From assembly GCA_027007025.1 (NCBI GenBank), contig JALTFL010000001.1, forward strand, positions 248 through 64,247: a stretch of DNA of 64,000 nt, read 5' to 3'. The position numbers were made by a program, and so were the translations under genes. Below are positions 49,899-58,460 of the stretch, one piece after another. The notes under the pieces were generated by a model. The model ran no database searches and was not told where the DNA came from. It saw nothing but the letters and a program-made list of their open reading frames with translations. Numbering within the stretch: position 1 is the stretch's first letter; every line of letters begins with the position of its first letter. Origin of the DNA: Nanobdellati archaeon (lineage in GTDB: Archaea > Nanobdellota > Nanobdellia > CSSed11-243R1).

Positions 49899-50054
49899 CT
49901 ATTTATTCCACAATGTTGTGAAGAGGTTATTCAAACCATCACCTATAGCTTTTCCTTTGCTCCCCCACGAAAGCCATAAAACAACAATTGCTGCAAGTCC
50001 GACAATTAAGAGAATTATTGCAAGAGTTTCATTTATGACTGCTTTCTTACTCAT
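49899..50054 (-). CDS. Small pilin-like membrane protein (51 aa), absent from ORF track
   Basis: MSKKA/VINETLAIILLIVGLAAIVVLWLSW...; class III signal-like N-terminus; start overlaps serS end. Confidence 0.65.
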   Translation of the reverse strand: MSKKAVINETLAIILLIVGLAAIVVLWLSWGSKGKAIGDGLNNLFTTLWNK

Positions 50055-51321
50055 TTGGCGTCAGCTCTTTGAAACCCGTGTAGTCCCACAGGGCTTTTGG
50101 TATCTTGACGCTTCCGTCTTCCTGCTGGTGATTTTCTAATATAGCACAGATTGCCCTTTCGGTTGCTACGCCTGTATTGTTTAACGTGTGGACAAGCTCT
50201 TTATTTCCGCCGACTTTTCCGAATTTTATGTTTAGCTTCCTTGCCTGATAATCAGTTGTGTTAGTGGCGGAACCAAGCTCCCTATACCTCTTTTGGCTTG
50301 GGAACCACCCTTCCAGGTCATATTTCTTTGCGCCGTTGTCATTCATTTCCCCGCTTGCTATATTGACAATTTGATAAGGAATTTCAAGCGCCTGATAAAT
50401 TTTTTCGCTTATTTTTACCATTTTTTCATGCCAGTTCCAGGAATCCTCCGGCTTGCAGATAACATACTGCTCCACTTTGTCGAACTGGTGAACTCTAAAA
50501 ATTCCCTTGGTGTCTTTTCCATGGCTTCCCGCTTCTCTTCTAAAATTAGTTGAGTACCCAACATATTTGATTGGGAGCTCTTTTTCATCTAGGACTTCGT
50601 TTGAGTGGTATGATGCAAGTGGCTGTTCTGTCGTGGCAATTAAGTACCAGTTTTCATCTTTTATCGAGTAAAGCTGTTCATCAAAGTCGCCAAGCTCTGC
50701 AGCTTCCTTCATATAACTTTTTCTCAGGAGGAATGGTGTCCACATAGGAGTGAATCCCTCTTTTATAATCATATCAAATGCGAATCTGATTAATGCAAGG
50801 TTTAGAAGAACACCTTTTCCTTTCAGGAAATAAAATCTCGCGCCCGTTATTTTTGAGGCTTTTTCCACATCAGCGATTTTCAAACTTTCAATCAAGTCTG
50901 CGTGCGACTTCGGCGCAAAGTCAAACTCTTTAGGTTCACCCCATTTTCTGACGACAACATTCCCTTCTTCAGTTTCAGCAACAGGAACGCTTTCGTGAAG
51001 AATATTGCCAACCTTGTACCTGTACTCGTCTCTTTTTTGAAGAAGTTCTTTGGTCCTGTCTTCGAGCATTGCTATTTCATTAGTTATATTTTTCATCAAG
51101 GAAATCTTTTTTTCTCCGCTTCCGCCTTTCTTTTTCAACTCTATGATTTCCTTTGAGACTTCATTTTGTTTGTGCTTCAATTCTTGGAGTTCGGCAACTG
51201 CTTCCCTCCATTTGATATCATACTCTATTACTTTGTCCACATTTTTTGTGTCCTTGAATCTCTTCTTTTCAGATTCCCTTATTATATCCGGATTCTCCCG
51301 AAACAGCTTTATGTCCAACAT
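50047..51321 (-). CDS. serS: Serine--tRNA ligase
   Basis: MLDIK..R.N, coiled-coil arm, FRREAGSHGKDTKGIFRVHQF, HTLNNTGVATER. Confidence 0.96.
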   Translation of the reverse strand: MLDIKLFRENPDIIRESEKKRFKDTKNVDKVIEYDIKWREAVAELQELKHKQNEVSKEIIELKKKGGSGEKKISLMKNITNEIAMLEDRTKELLQKRDEYRYKVGNILHESVPVAETEEGNVVVRKWGEPKEFDFAPKSHADLIESLKIADVEKASKITGARFYFLKGKGVLLNLALIRFAFDMIIKEGFTPMWTPFLLRKSYMKEAAELGDFDEQLYSIKDENWYLIATTEQPLASYHSNEVLDEKELPIKYVGYSTNFRREAGSHGKDTKGIFRVHQFDKVEQYVICKPEDSWNWHEKMVKISEKIYQALEIPYQIVNIASGEMNDNGAKKYDLEGWFPSQKRYRELGSATNTTDYQARKLNIKFGKVGGNKELVHTLNNTGVATERAICAILENHQQEDGSVKIPKALWDYTGFKELTPNE

Positions 51322-51422
51322 ATTTTTAAAAATCTCTCAGAAGTTTATAATGTTTTGCAAATAAACAAAAAGATTTATAAACATGTATTACGATTTAATC
51401 CCTAGCAATTCTGGTTGATACT

Positions 51423-52058
51423 ATGGAAGGAATATCAAAAGACGAAATGAAACATGGCACAACTACAGTCGGACTTGTAACAAAGGAAGGCGTGGTTGTT
51501 GCAGCGGACAAAAGAGCCACAATGGGATACTTAATAGCCCATAAGAATGTCGACAAAGTAGTGGAAATAACGAACAAGATTTTGATGACAACAGCGGGCA
51601 TGGTGGGCGACGCGCAGATGATAGCCAAGTATCTAAAGGCAGAGCTTGAGCTTTACGAAATTCGAAAGGGAAGACCAATAACCATGAAAGCAGCGTCGAC
51701 TTTGCTTGCGAACATTTTGTACGGCAACAGATTTAGCGTTCCATTTTACGTTCAGCTTTTGCTGGCGGGTGTAGATGACAGTGGATATCATCTTTACTCT
51801 CTCGGACCTGACGGAAGCAACCTTGAAGACAAGTTTATTTCAACTGGCAGCGGAAGCGTGATGGCTTACGGTGTTTTGGAAGACAACTACAAGGACGGAG
51901 CTTCGCTTAAGGAAGGAGTCCGAATCGCGGCAAGAGCGATAAAGGCAGCAATGGCGAGAGACATAGCGACAGGCGAAGGGATTGATGTTTACACAATAAC
52001 TGAAAAGGGGATTACAAAAGTTCCAAAAGATGAAATACAAAAAATAGTGAGCAAGTAG
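51423..52058 (+). CDS. psmB: Proteasome subunit beta
   Basis: Propeptide then G/TTTVG, AADKRAT, STGSGS. Confidence 0.96.
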   Translation: MEGISKDEMKHGTTTVGLVTKEGVVVAADKRATMGYLIAHKNVDKVVEITNKILMTTAGMVGDAQMIAKYLKAELELYEIRKGRPITMKAASTLLANILYGNRFSVPFYVQLLLAGVDDSGYHLYSLGPDGSNLEDKFISTGSGSVMAYGVLEDNYKDGASLKEGVRIAARAIKAAMARDIATGEGIDVYTITEKGITKVPKDEIQKIVSK

Positions 52059-52069
52059 TTTTTTCTGTG

Positions 52070-53980
52070 ATGATAATGAAGAATGGAGACATCCTGAAAC
52101 AAATCAAGGAAGACTTACCTCCCAACGCACAAATCTCTGACGTGTTTTATGAGGGGGCAAACATAGTACTGTACACAAAAAACAGGGATTTCTTTCTTGA
52201 TTCAAAGGAAACAATAAGAAGTATTGTGAACAAAGTTAAGAAAAGGGTAGAGTTAAGGATGGACCCGTCAATGCTCGTTCCTCCGGAGGAAACCCAGGAC
52301 ATCATAAGCAAAATTGTTCCCAAAGAGGCGGGGCTTGGAGAAGTTTGGTTTGATTACAAGCGTTCAATCGCGTTTATAGAAGCTCAAAAGCCAGGACTTG
52401 TCATAGGAAAAGAAGGACAGGTAATGAATGAGATAAAAGAAAAGACGCTTTGGGTTCCAAAGATAAGACGCGCGCCAGTCATAAATTCTGACTTGATTAA
52501 GACAATCAGGTACACATTGTTCCAGAACTCAGAATATCGCAGAGATTTCATGAACAAGATTGGAAAGAAAATTTACATGACAAAATGGGAAAGGGACCCA
52601 TCGTACTGGGTAAGGGTTTCCGTACTTGGAGCCGGAAGGGAAGTCGGAAGAAGCTGCATGCTATTGCAGACGCCGCTTTCAAACGTGCTCTTGGACACAG
52701 GCATAAATGTCGCGTCTCCGGAAAACGCGTTCCCGCACTTTGATGCCCCAGAGTTTGACATTCACAAGATAGACGCAGTTGTGATATCACACGCGCACCT
52801 TGACCATAGTGGTGCAGTGCCGTTGCTTTTCAAGTACGGTTACACAGGACCCGTTTACGCGACTGAGCCGACAAGGGACATCATGACACTGCTTCAATTA
52901 GATTACATTGATGTCATACAAAGGACTGGAAAGAAGCCACAGTATTCAAGCCGCGAGATAAAGGATGTAATCAAAAACACAATCACATTGGATTACGACG
53001 AAGTTACGGATGTAACTGCCGACGTCAGACTTACACTTCACAATGCAGGACACGTTCTCGGAAGTTCGCTTGTCCACTTGAATATTGGAAACGGATATCA
53101 CAACTTTTTGTACACGGGAGACTTCAAGTATGCGAGAACAAAGCTGCTCGAGCCGGCAATGACGAGATTCCAAAGAGTAGAAACACTTATGATGGAATCC
53201 ACATACGGCTCAAAGGAGGATGTCCAGCCATCAAGGGAAGAATGTGAAACTCAACTTATAGATATAATCAAATCTACTATTGACAACAAGGGAAAAGTTT
53301 TGATTCCCGTTCTTGGTGTCGGGCGCGCCCAGGAAGTAATGCTCATAATCGAAGAAGCAATGCGCCAGAAAAAGATTCCTGAAGTCAGCGTTTATGTTGA
53401 CGGTATGGTTTGGGATGTTACCGCAATCCACACTACATATCCTGAGTTCATGAACCGTGATGTCAAAAAACAGATATTTGGGGATGATAATAATCCATTT
53501 GTAGCGAAGTGTTTTGTGCGTGTCGGCTCTCAGGAAGAAAGGGACAAAATAATCAACAGCAGAAAGCCTTGTATAATACTCGCGACATCAGGTATGCTTA
53601 CAGGAGGTTCAAGTGTTTATTACTTCCAGAAGCTGGCTCCTAATAAGAAGAATTCAATTGTCTTTGTTTCATACCAAGCTGAGGGAACCTTAGGTCGAAG
53701 GGTGCAAAGGGGCGAGAAGCAAGTTCCTGTTGAAACGTTTGGGGGAAAAGTCGAGATGGTTGATACCAAGCTTGCGGTGCATTCTGTTGAGGGGCTTTCA
53801 GGGCACTCCGACAGAAACCAATTGATAAACTATGTCAAGCATATGGACCCGAAGCCGAGGAAGGTTATGTTTGTCCATGGGGAAAGCTCGAAGTGCTTGG
53901 ACTTGGCATCCACTATACACAAGCTTTTGAGAGTGGAAACGACAGCTCCTAGGAATTTGGACGCGACAAGGATAAGGTAG
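52070..53980 (+). CDS. fttA: aCPSF1/FttA beta-CASP ribonuclease with KH domains
   Basis: PGLVIGK KH, GREVGRS, SHAHLDH, AGHVLGS, GLSGHSD, HGE; conserved order after psmB. Confidence 0.95.
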   Translation: MIMKNGDILKQIKEDLPPNAQISDVFYEGANIVLYTKNRDFFLDSKETIRSIVNKVKKRVELRMDPSMLVPPEETQDIISKIVPKEAGLGEVWFDYKRSIAFIEAQKPGLVIGKEGQVMNEIKEKTLWVPKIRRAPVINSDLIKTIRYTLFQNSEYRRDFMNKIGKKIYMTKWERDPSYWVRVSVLGAGREVGRSCMLLQTPLSNVLLDTGINVASPENAFPHFDAPEFDIHKIDAVVISHAHLDHSGAVPLLFKYGYTGPVYATEPTRDIMTLLQLDYIDVIQRTGKKPQYSSREIKDVIKNTITLDYDEVTDVTADVRLTLHNAGHVLGSSLVHLNIGNGYHNFLYTGDFKYARTKLLEPAMTRFQRVETLMMESTYGSKEDVQPSREECETQLIDIIKSTIDNKGKVLIPVLGVGRAQEVMLIIEEAMRQKKIPEVSVYVDGMVWDVTAIHTTYPEFMNRDVKKQIFGDDNNPFVAKCFVRVGSQEERDKIINSRKPCIILATSGMLTGGSSVYYFQKLAPNKKNSIVFVSYQAEGTLGRRVQRGEKQVPVETFGGKVEMVDTKLAVHSVEGLSGHSDRNQLINYVKHMDPKPRKVMFVHGESSKCLDLASTIHKLLRVETTAPRNLDATRIR

Positions 53981-54025
53981 GGAAACCTTAAAATATGCAA
54001 ATTCTCTTAAAATAAGTGATGTATC

Positions 54026-54523
54026 ATGGAAGAAATAGCAATTACAAAAGGACGTGCAAAATATTCGGGAATATTTGACTTTAGCGCATATTATCGTTTA
54101 TTATATGATTTGTTTAGAAGTATGGGATATGATGTCGAGGAGCAAAAGTATACCAACAAGACAAAGCCCGAAGGGGATGAAGTGGAGATTGAATGGAACT
54201 GTTACAAGAAGGTCGATGATTATTCATTATTCAGGATTTTCGCAAAGACATTAGTTTTGGGATTGCAGAAAAAGCAAGTAGTTGTTGAGGGCGTTCAGAC
54301 AACGAAAAATTATGGTACAATCGAGTTGGAAATAAAATGTTTCATACAGACTGATTACGAAAACAGATGGGAAACAAATCCAATGATGAAATTCCTTAAA
54401 GGTATATATGATACATATTTCTATCGTTCGACTTTCGAGACATGGAAGCAGAAGGTTGTCACAGATATGCACACCGTTGAGAATGAGGTTAAGGCATTTT
54501 TCAACATGCAGAGATTCCTTTAA
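54026..54523 (+). CDS. Conserved hypothetical protein
   Basis: Own TATA-like site and GTGA SD; Y.GIFDF..YY, DYENRWE motifs. Confidence 0.75.
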   Translation: MEEIAITKGRAKYSGIFDFSAYYRLLYDLFRSMGYDVEEQKYTNKTKPEGDEVEIEWNCYKKVDDYSLFRIFAKTLVLGLQKKQVVVEGVQTTKNYGTIELEIKCFIQTDYENRWETNPMMKFLKGIYDTYFYRSTFETWKQKVVTDMHTVENEVKAFFNMQRFL

Positions 54524-54816
54524 TATTTTTTTAAGAAGTGATGTTCTTGTCCCGGCATAAATTCTTTCAGTAAGGACATCATTCTTTTTTCATCTTCATT
54601 TGCGTAACTTGTGTAACCACCTATTTCAATTGCCTGCCATGACTGTCCTGGCTTGAAAAATTCAAGAAGTGAAGCTGTACTCCTTTCGTTGTAATCTCTA
54701 TTAATTAGGGTGTAATTTCTTTCTCCAATTAAGGTATATCTCTTAAATGGAATAAATGCCAAATCTTCATTTGATATTTCTTCGAGATTTTTCATAACAA
54801 GTATATTCAAGAACAT
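54520..54816 (-). CDS. Hypothetical protein
   Basis: ORF filling gap, convergent with 54026-54523; start uncertain. Confidence 0.5.
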   Translation of the reverse strand: MFLNILVMKNLEEISNEDLAFIPFKRYTLIGERNYTLINRDYNERSTASLLEFFKPGQSWQAIEIGGYTSYANEDEKRMMSLLKEFMPGQEHHFLKKY

Positions 54817-54852
54817 TATTTAAATATTTGTCGTTTCTTTTGGGTAGTGAAT

Positions 54853-54867
54853 GGAAAGTTTTATAAA
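54853..54867 (+). promoter_or_regulatory. BRE-TATA promoter for structured RNA/dnaG
   Basis: GGAAAG-TTTTATAAA about 23 nt before the first helix at G54890. Confidence 0.7.
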
Positions 54868-54889
54868 ACTATGTAACTTAATCAATAAC

Positions 54890-55157
54890 GGCAAGGCTTA
54901 GTCAAGTGGGCCGGTCTCTATATGAGGAGCTCGAGCAGAGCTTCGCCTATGAGTATAGTTTACTCCCACTTGATTTTTGGCCCGCGAAGGTGCTGGCTTG
55001 ACACGTGATAGCCGGATAGTTGCGGGCCATCATAATCACCTTACCAAACTCATAATTAAATGCCAATTGGCGAGATCATCATAATCACTTAATCACCAAT
55101 GAATTGGGGTATAAATGCCCAACTAGGTAAGCAAGTAGCTATTTCTCGTCTTTGGCT
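54890..55157 (+). ncRNA. Unannotated structured RNA / long 5' leader of dnaG
   Basis: Helices 54900-10/54965-75, 54978-87/55020-29, 54993-98/55010-15, 54890-96/55039-45, 55062-75/55144-56; no ORF of 60 aa or more. Confidence 0.75.
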
Positions 55158-55174
55158 AAAAGGAGGCGAACTTT

Positions 55175-56404
55175 ATGGGTAAAATTGCACCTGTATCCGC
55201 GAAGTATATAATTCGCGTGAAGATACATGTTGATGGAACAGTCGAAAAGCCGGATGTCATTGGAGCTATTTTCGGACAGACAGAAGGGCTTTTGGGAACA
55301 GACCTCGAATTGAGGGAACTACAAAAATCAGGAAGAATAGGTAGAATAGAAGTTAATCTTCAAAACAAAGGTGGAAAAGCAGATGGAGAAATAACAATTC
55401 CTTCTTCTATGGATATGGCAGAGACAGCCATTGTCGCGTCAGCTATTGAGACAATCCAAAGGATTGGACCATGTAACGCGAAACTTGTAATAGAGAACAT
55501 AGAGGATGTCAGGGTAACCAAAAGAGAGTATGTCATTGAAAGGGCAAAGGAACTCTTGAAGAACATGATTGACAAGGGACCTGATTCCGCGGAGCTCATG
55601 GAAGAATTGAAGCAGACAGTCAGGGGAATGGAGCTTGTCAATTACGGGAAAGACAAAGTTCCAGCAGGGCCTAATGTAAAAGACAGCGATGACATAATTG
55701 TTGTTGAAGGAAGAGCTGACGTAATAAATTTGCTTAAGCATGGTTTCAAGAACGCAATAGGGTTGAACGGAACTTCGGTGCCGCCAACAGTCGCCGAGCT
55801 GACGAAGACAAAAACAACAACAGTATTTGTTGACGGAGACAGAGGAGGAAACTTGATTGTAAGGGAACTTATGGCAGTAGGCGACATTGACTTTGTAGCT
55901 ATGGCACCGTCAGGAAGGGAAGTTGAAGAATTGACAAAGAAGGAAATTCACAAGTGCTTGAGGTCAAAGATACCTTTGGACCAGTTCAAGGAGGAGATGG
56001 GTGAAAGCTCACGAAACGGAAACCTTCACAGCAGCAAGCCACAGAGGAATGACAGAAATGATGACAGGAGACCACAGCGACAAAGACAGCAGCAAAGGAA
56101 GCGCGACATACACCCTGAATACGCGAAGCAGTTCAAGAAAATGCTCGACGAGCTTATAGGAACACGCGGGGCGTACTTGCTTGACGCGGACATGAATATT
56201 CTTGGCAAAGTTCCTACAAAAGAGCTCAAGAACGCGATAAGGAGCCTTCCGGAAATAAACATGATTGTTATGGACGGCCAGGTTACGCCTGAAATGATAA
56301 GGTTCATCGAACGTTCGTCCGTGAACACAGTCGTAGCGGAAGGAGCGACGGGCACCAGCAGAAGATTGAAGATATTGACAGCTGCTGACTTGGGAAGCGC
56401 TTAG
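55175..56404 (+). CDS. dnaG: Archaeal DnaG (TOPRIM, RNA-binding)
   Basis: VEKPDVIGAIFGQTEGLLG, LRELQKSGRIGRI, VVEGRADV, DGDRGG; AGGAGG SD. Confidence 0.96.
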   Translation: MGKIAPVSAKYIIRVKIHVDGTVEKPDVIGAIFGQTEGLLGTDLELRELQKSGRIGRIEVNLQNKGGKADGEITIPSSMDMAETAIVASAIETIQRIGPCNAKLVIENIEDVRVTKREYVIERAKELLKNMIDKGPDSAELMEELKQTVRGMELVNYGKDKVPAGPNVKDSDDIIVVEGRADVINLLKHGFKNAIGLNGTSVPPTVAELTKTKTTTVFVDGDRGGNLIVRELMAVGDIDFVAMAPSGREVEELTKKEIHKCLRSKIPLDQFKEEMGESSRNGNLHSSKPQRNDRNDDRRPQRQRQQQRKRDIHPEYAKQFKKMLDELIGTRGAYLLDADMNILGKVPTKELKNAIRSLPEINMIVMDGQVTPEMIRFIERSSVNTVVAEGATGTSRRLKILTAADLGSA

Positions 56405-56438
56405 AAAACTTTTTAACCTCTTTTTTCTTATTTTATTT

Positions 56439-56707
56439 GGGCGAGCTAGGTGGGCCGTTGGGCGTGGCCTGTCAATCCCAAACCGTCCTTAGGGGAGCCG
56501 AAGCCAGCTTGAGGGTTGTCACATTTTGAGTAAGCTCATGCCGTATCTGCGAAGCCTCGCCCCAAGGGATGTGTTATTCTGTGAACCGTGCGAGGTCCGG
56601 AAGGAAGCAGCACTAAGCGGAGTAGCATATGCTCTTGGGATACGGGGTGGAGAAAAGGTATGGGGACTGCTCCTGGTGCGGCTTCTCGATGGCTGGTGTG
56701 CTCGCCT
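56439..56707 (+). ncRNA. ffs: SRP (7S) RNA
   Basis: Helix 8 motif GTGCGAGGTCCGGAAGGAAGCAGCAC; terminal pairing GGGCGAGC/GCTCGCCT; TTTTTAA promoter ~25 nt upstream. Confidence 0.92.
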
Positions 56708-56712
56708 ATTAA

Positions 56713-56771
56713 CTTCTTTTTCCGTGCACGCTTTTTCCAAAAGGGTGCTAAGAAAGCTGCACCAAAAGAAA
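56713..56771. repeat. Two hairpin-repeat copies directly after SRP RNA
   Basis: 56713-56748 (-) GCACCCTTTTGGAAAAAGCGTGCACGGAAAAAGAAG; 56749-56771 (+) partial AAGAAAGCTGCACCAAAAGAAA. Confidence 0.85.
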
Positions 56772-56794
56772 CACTTTTTTACATATGTGAAAAC

Positions 56795-57349
56795 TTATTT
56801 AAGAAATTCTTTTATTTTTTCAAGCAAAAATGGAAACTTTGTGTACCCCGCTTTTTCGTTGAAGTGCCCAGCGCCGTGAATTATTATTGGTTTCACATTA
56901 AGTTTTTCCGCGAGTTCATAAGTTTTTTCTAAAGGAATATAAGGGTCGTTGTCAGAACCGATTACAAAAATGTTCTTGCAGTTTTCTTTTATTTTCTTCC
57001 AGTCAAACGGCTTTTCGAAAAAGGTTGAATTGATTTTATCGACTTCGGCGAAACCTAGTGCTCCGAGGAAACCCGCTATTAAAAAAGTAGCTTTGGTTTT
57101 ATACTTCTCTAAAAGATGCAATACAAATGAGGGTCCAATGCTGTGAGCAACAAAAATTGTATTCTCGTCAACATACTTTTCATAATCTTTGAAAACATTT
57201 AGCCAATTTTCTAAGGATTGCCCTTCTGGTGTCGGGAATTTTGGCACAAAGACTTTGCAACCCACCTTCTCGAGTTCTTTCTTCAGCCAAGGAAACCAAT
57301 TTTCCTGCGGATGCCCAAATGCGCCGTGTATGATGAAAACATTTGTCAT
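56795..57349 (-). CDS. RBBP9/YdeN family alpha/beta hydrolase
   Basis: IIHG, NWFPWLK, AHSIG nucleophile elbow, SDNDPYIP, AGHFN. Confidence 0.93.
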   Translation of the reverse strand: MTNVFIIHGAFGHPQENWFPWLKKELEKVGCKVFVPKFPTPEGQSLENWLNVFKDYEKYVDENTIFVAHSIGPSFVLHLLEKYKTKATFLIAGFLGALGFAEVDKINSTFFEKPFDWKKIKENCKNIFVIGSDNDPYIPLEKTYELAEKLNVKPIIIHGAGHFNEKAGYTKFPFLLEKIKEFLK

Positions 57350-57395
57350 AATCTCTCTAATAATCTTTGTAGTTATATCTTTATCCTTTTAGAGC

Positions 57396-57434
57396 TCTTT
57401 TTTTGGTAAATATTTTTCCTTGGAAAAACGTTTG
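57396..57434 (-). repeat. Degenerate hairpin-repeat copy upstream of tRNA-Ser
   Basis: Minus strand hairpin TTTTTCC-AA-GGAAAAA followed by TATTTACCAAAAAAAGA. Confidence 0.5.
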
Positions 57435-57477
57435 CTGCGAAAGAAATATAAGGGGTTTATTCATTCTATTGGATTAT

Positions 57478-57725
57478 GCCGGGGTCGCCTAGCACCACCC
57501 TTTTCTTAAAAGAAAAGCGTGGACGGAAAAGAAGAGGGTGATGGGTTATCTGGTTATGGCGCTGGCCTGCTAGCACCCTTTCTTAGAAAGAAAGCGTGCA
57601 CGGAAAGAAATTTCCGTGGGTCGTAGTCAGCCAGTTTCCTTCGGGATCCGTGAGTTCGAAAGAGCCTTTCTCTTGCGAAGAGAAACCCTCGGGAAAGAGA
57701 AGCTCCGATTTTCTCACCCCCGGCG
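57478..57725 (+). tRNA. tRNA-Ser(GCT) with three introns (D-loop 15/16 at 57493-57548; 37/38 at 57573-57628; T-loop 59/60 at 57661-57711)
   Basis: Acceptor GCCGGGG/CCCCGGC+G; anticodon stem CTGGC/GCCAG with loop CT-GCT-A|A; long variable arm; T stem GTGAG/CTCAC; BHB-like helices GCCT/GGGT, CTGC/GTAG, TTCG/CGAT. Confidence 0.88.
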
Positions 57726-57770
57726 CTTTTTTTAGAAAAATTAATAATCAACATTTTCATTAATATTCAC

Positions 57771-58379
57771 ATGTACATAGAAGAAATAGGAAATAGAAAA
57801 TATTTTGCCGAAGTTATTGCGGATGACCTGCTTAAAAAATCTTTTCTAAAAATTTGGTGGAACAATAACGGCAAAGACATCTCGCTTGAACTTTACCCAG
57901 GGAATGGACTGGAGTATATTGTTGATAACTACACTGAAAGTGAAAGTATTAATGGTGTGTACAAACAAATGTTAAGCTCATTATCCGAAGTAGCAACAGG
58001 CATTAAAACAGGAATTGGGGTGTGGAAAGGCGGAAGGATAAGGTTTTCATACTGGGTTAATGAAGAAGGCATATTCTTTGTTGATGAAAATGAAGATGAA
58101 GTTGAGAAGCTGACGATTAAAGATATTTTGTCGAGACTAAATGGTGTGAAGCCGTTCAATTGGGAATTTGACACGTCGGGCATGAGTTTTATTGAGAAGT
58201 TTGCCTATGTGTTTAGTTCTCTTGACAAGAATCCGTGTCCGTTTATGAACAAGGATAAAATTTGTTTCGCTGATGGAGAACATTGCAATCACTACAGAAA
58301 ATTTGTGTACTATGGGCACACCTGTCCGAGGTACGAAACCGATTTTGAGCTTGAGAAAAAGCTTTTTGGTAAAGTTTAA
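57771..58379 (+). CDS. Hypothetical protein with C-terminal Cys/His cluster
   Basis: 202-aa ORF; CPF...C....C...CP pattern. Confidence 0.65.
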   Translation: MYIEEIGNRKYFAEVIADDLLKKSFLKIWWNNNGKDISLELYPGNGLEYIVDNYTESESINGVYKQMLSSLSEVATGIKTGIGVWKGGRIRFSYWVNEEGIFFVDENEDEVEKLTIKDILSRLNGVKPFNWEFDTSGMSFIEKFAYVFSSLDKNPCPFMNKDKICFADGEHCNHYRKFVYYGHTCPRYETDFELEKKLFGKV

Positions 58380-58460
58380 TGATTCAGTGTTCCGAATTGT
58401 ATGTGGCGAAATATTTATAACTCTTTAGTCATTACTTTTTTTGAAATAGGGGTGATTGAT

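Noticed and set aside
55030-55082. Box C/D sRNA on the minus strand (ATGATGA)
   Set aside because: No CTGA box D at a suitable distance; promoter and helices favour the plus strand
54890-55157. RNase P RNA
   Set aside because: No GAGGAAAGTCC-like CR-I or ACAGAA..GGCTTA-like CR-V arrangement on either strand
56519-56932. ORFs 56519-56740, 56526-56879 and 56588-56932
   Set aside because: They overlap SRP RNA and repeats; no protein motifs
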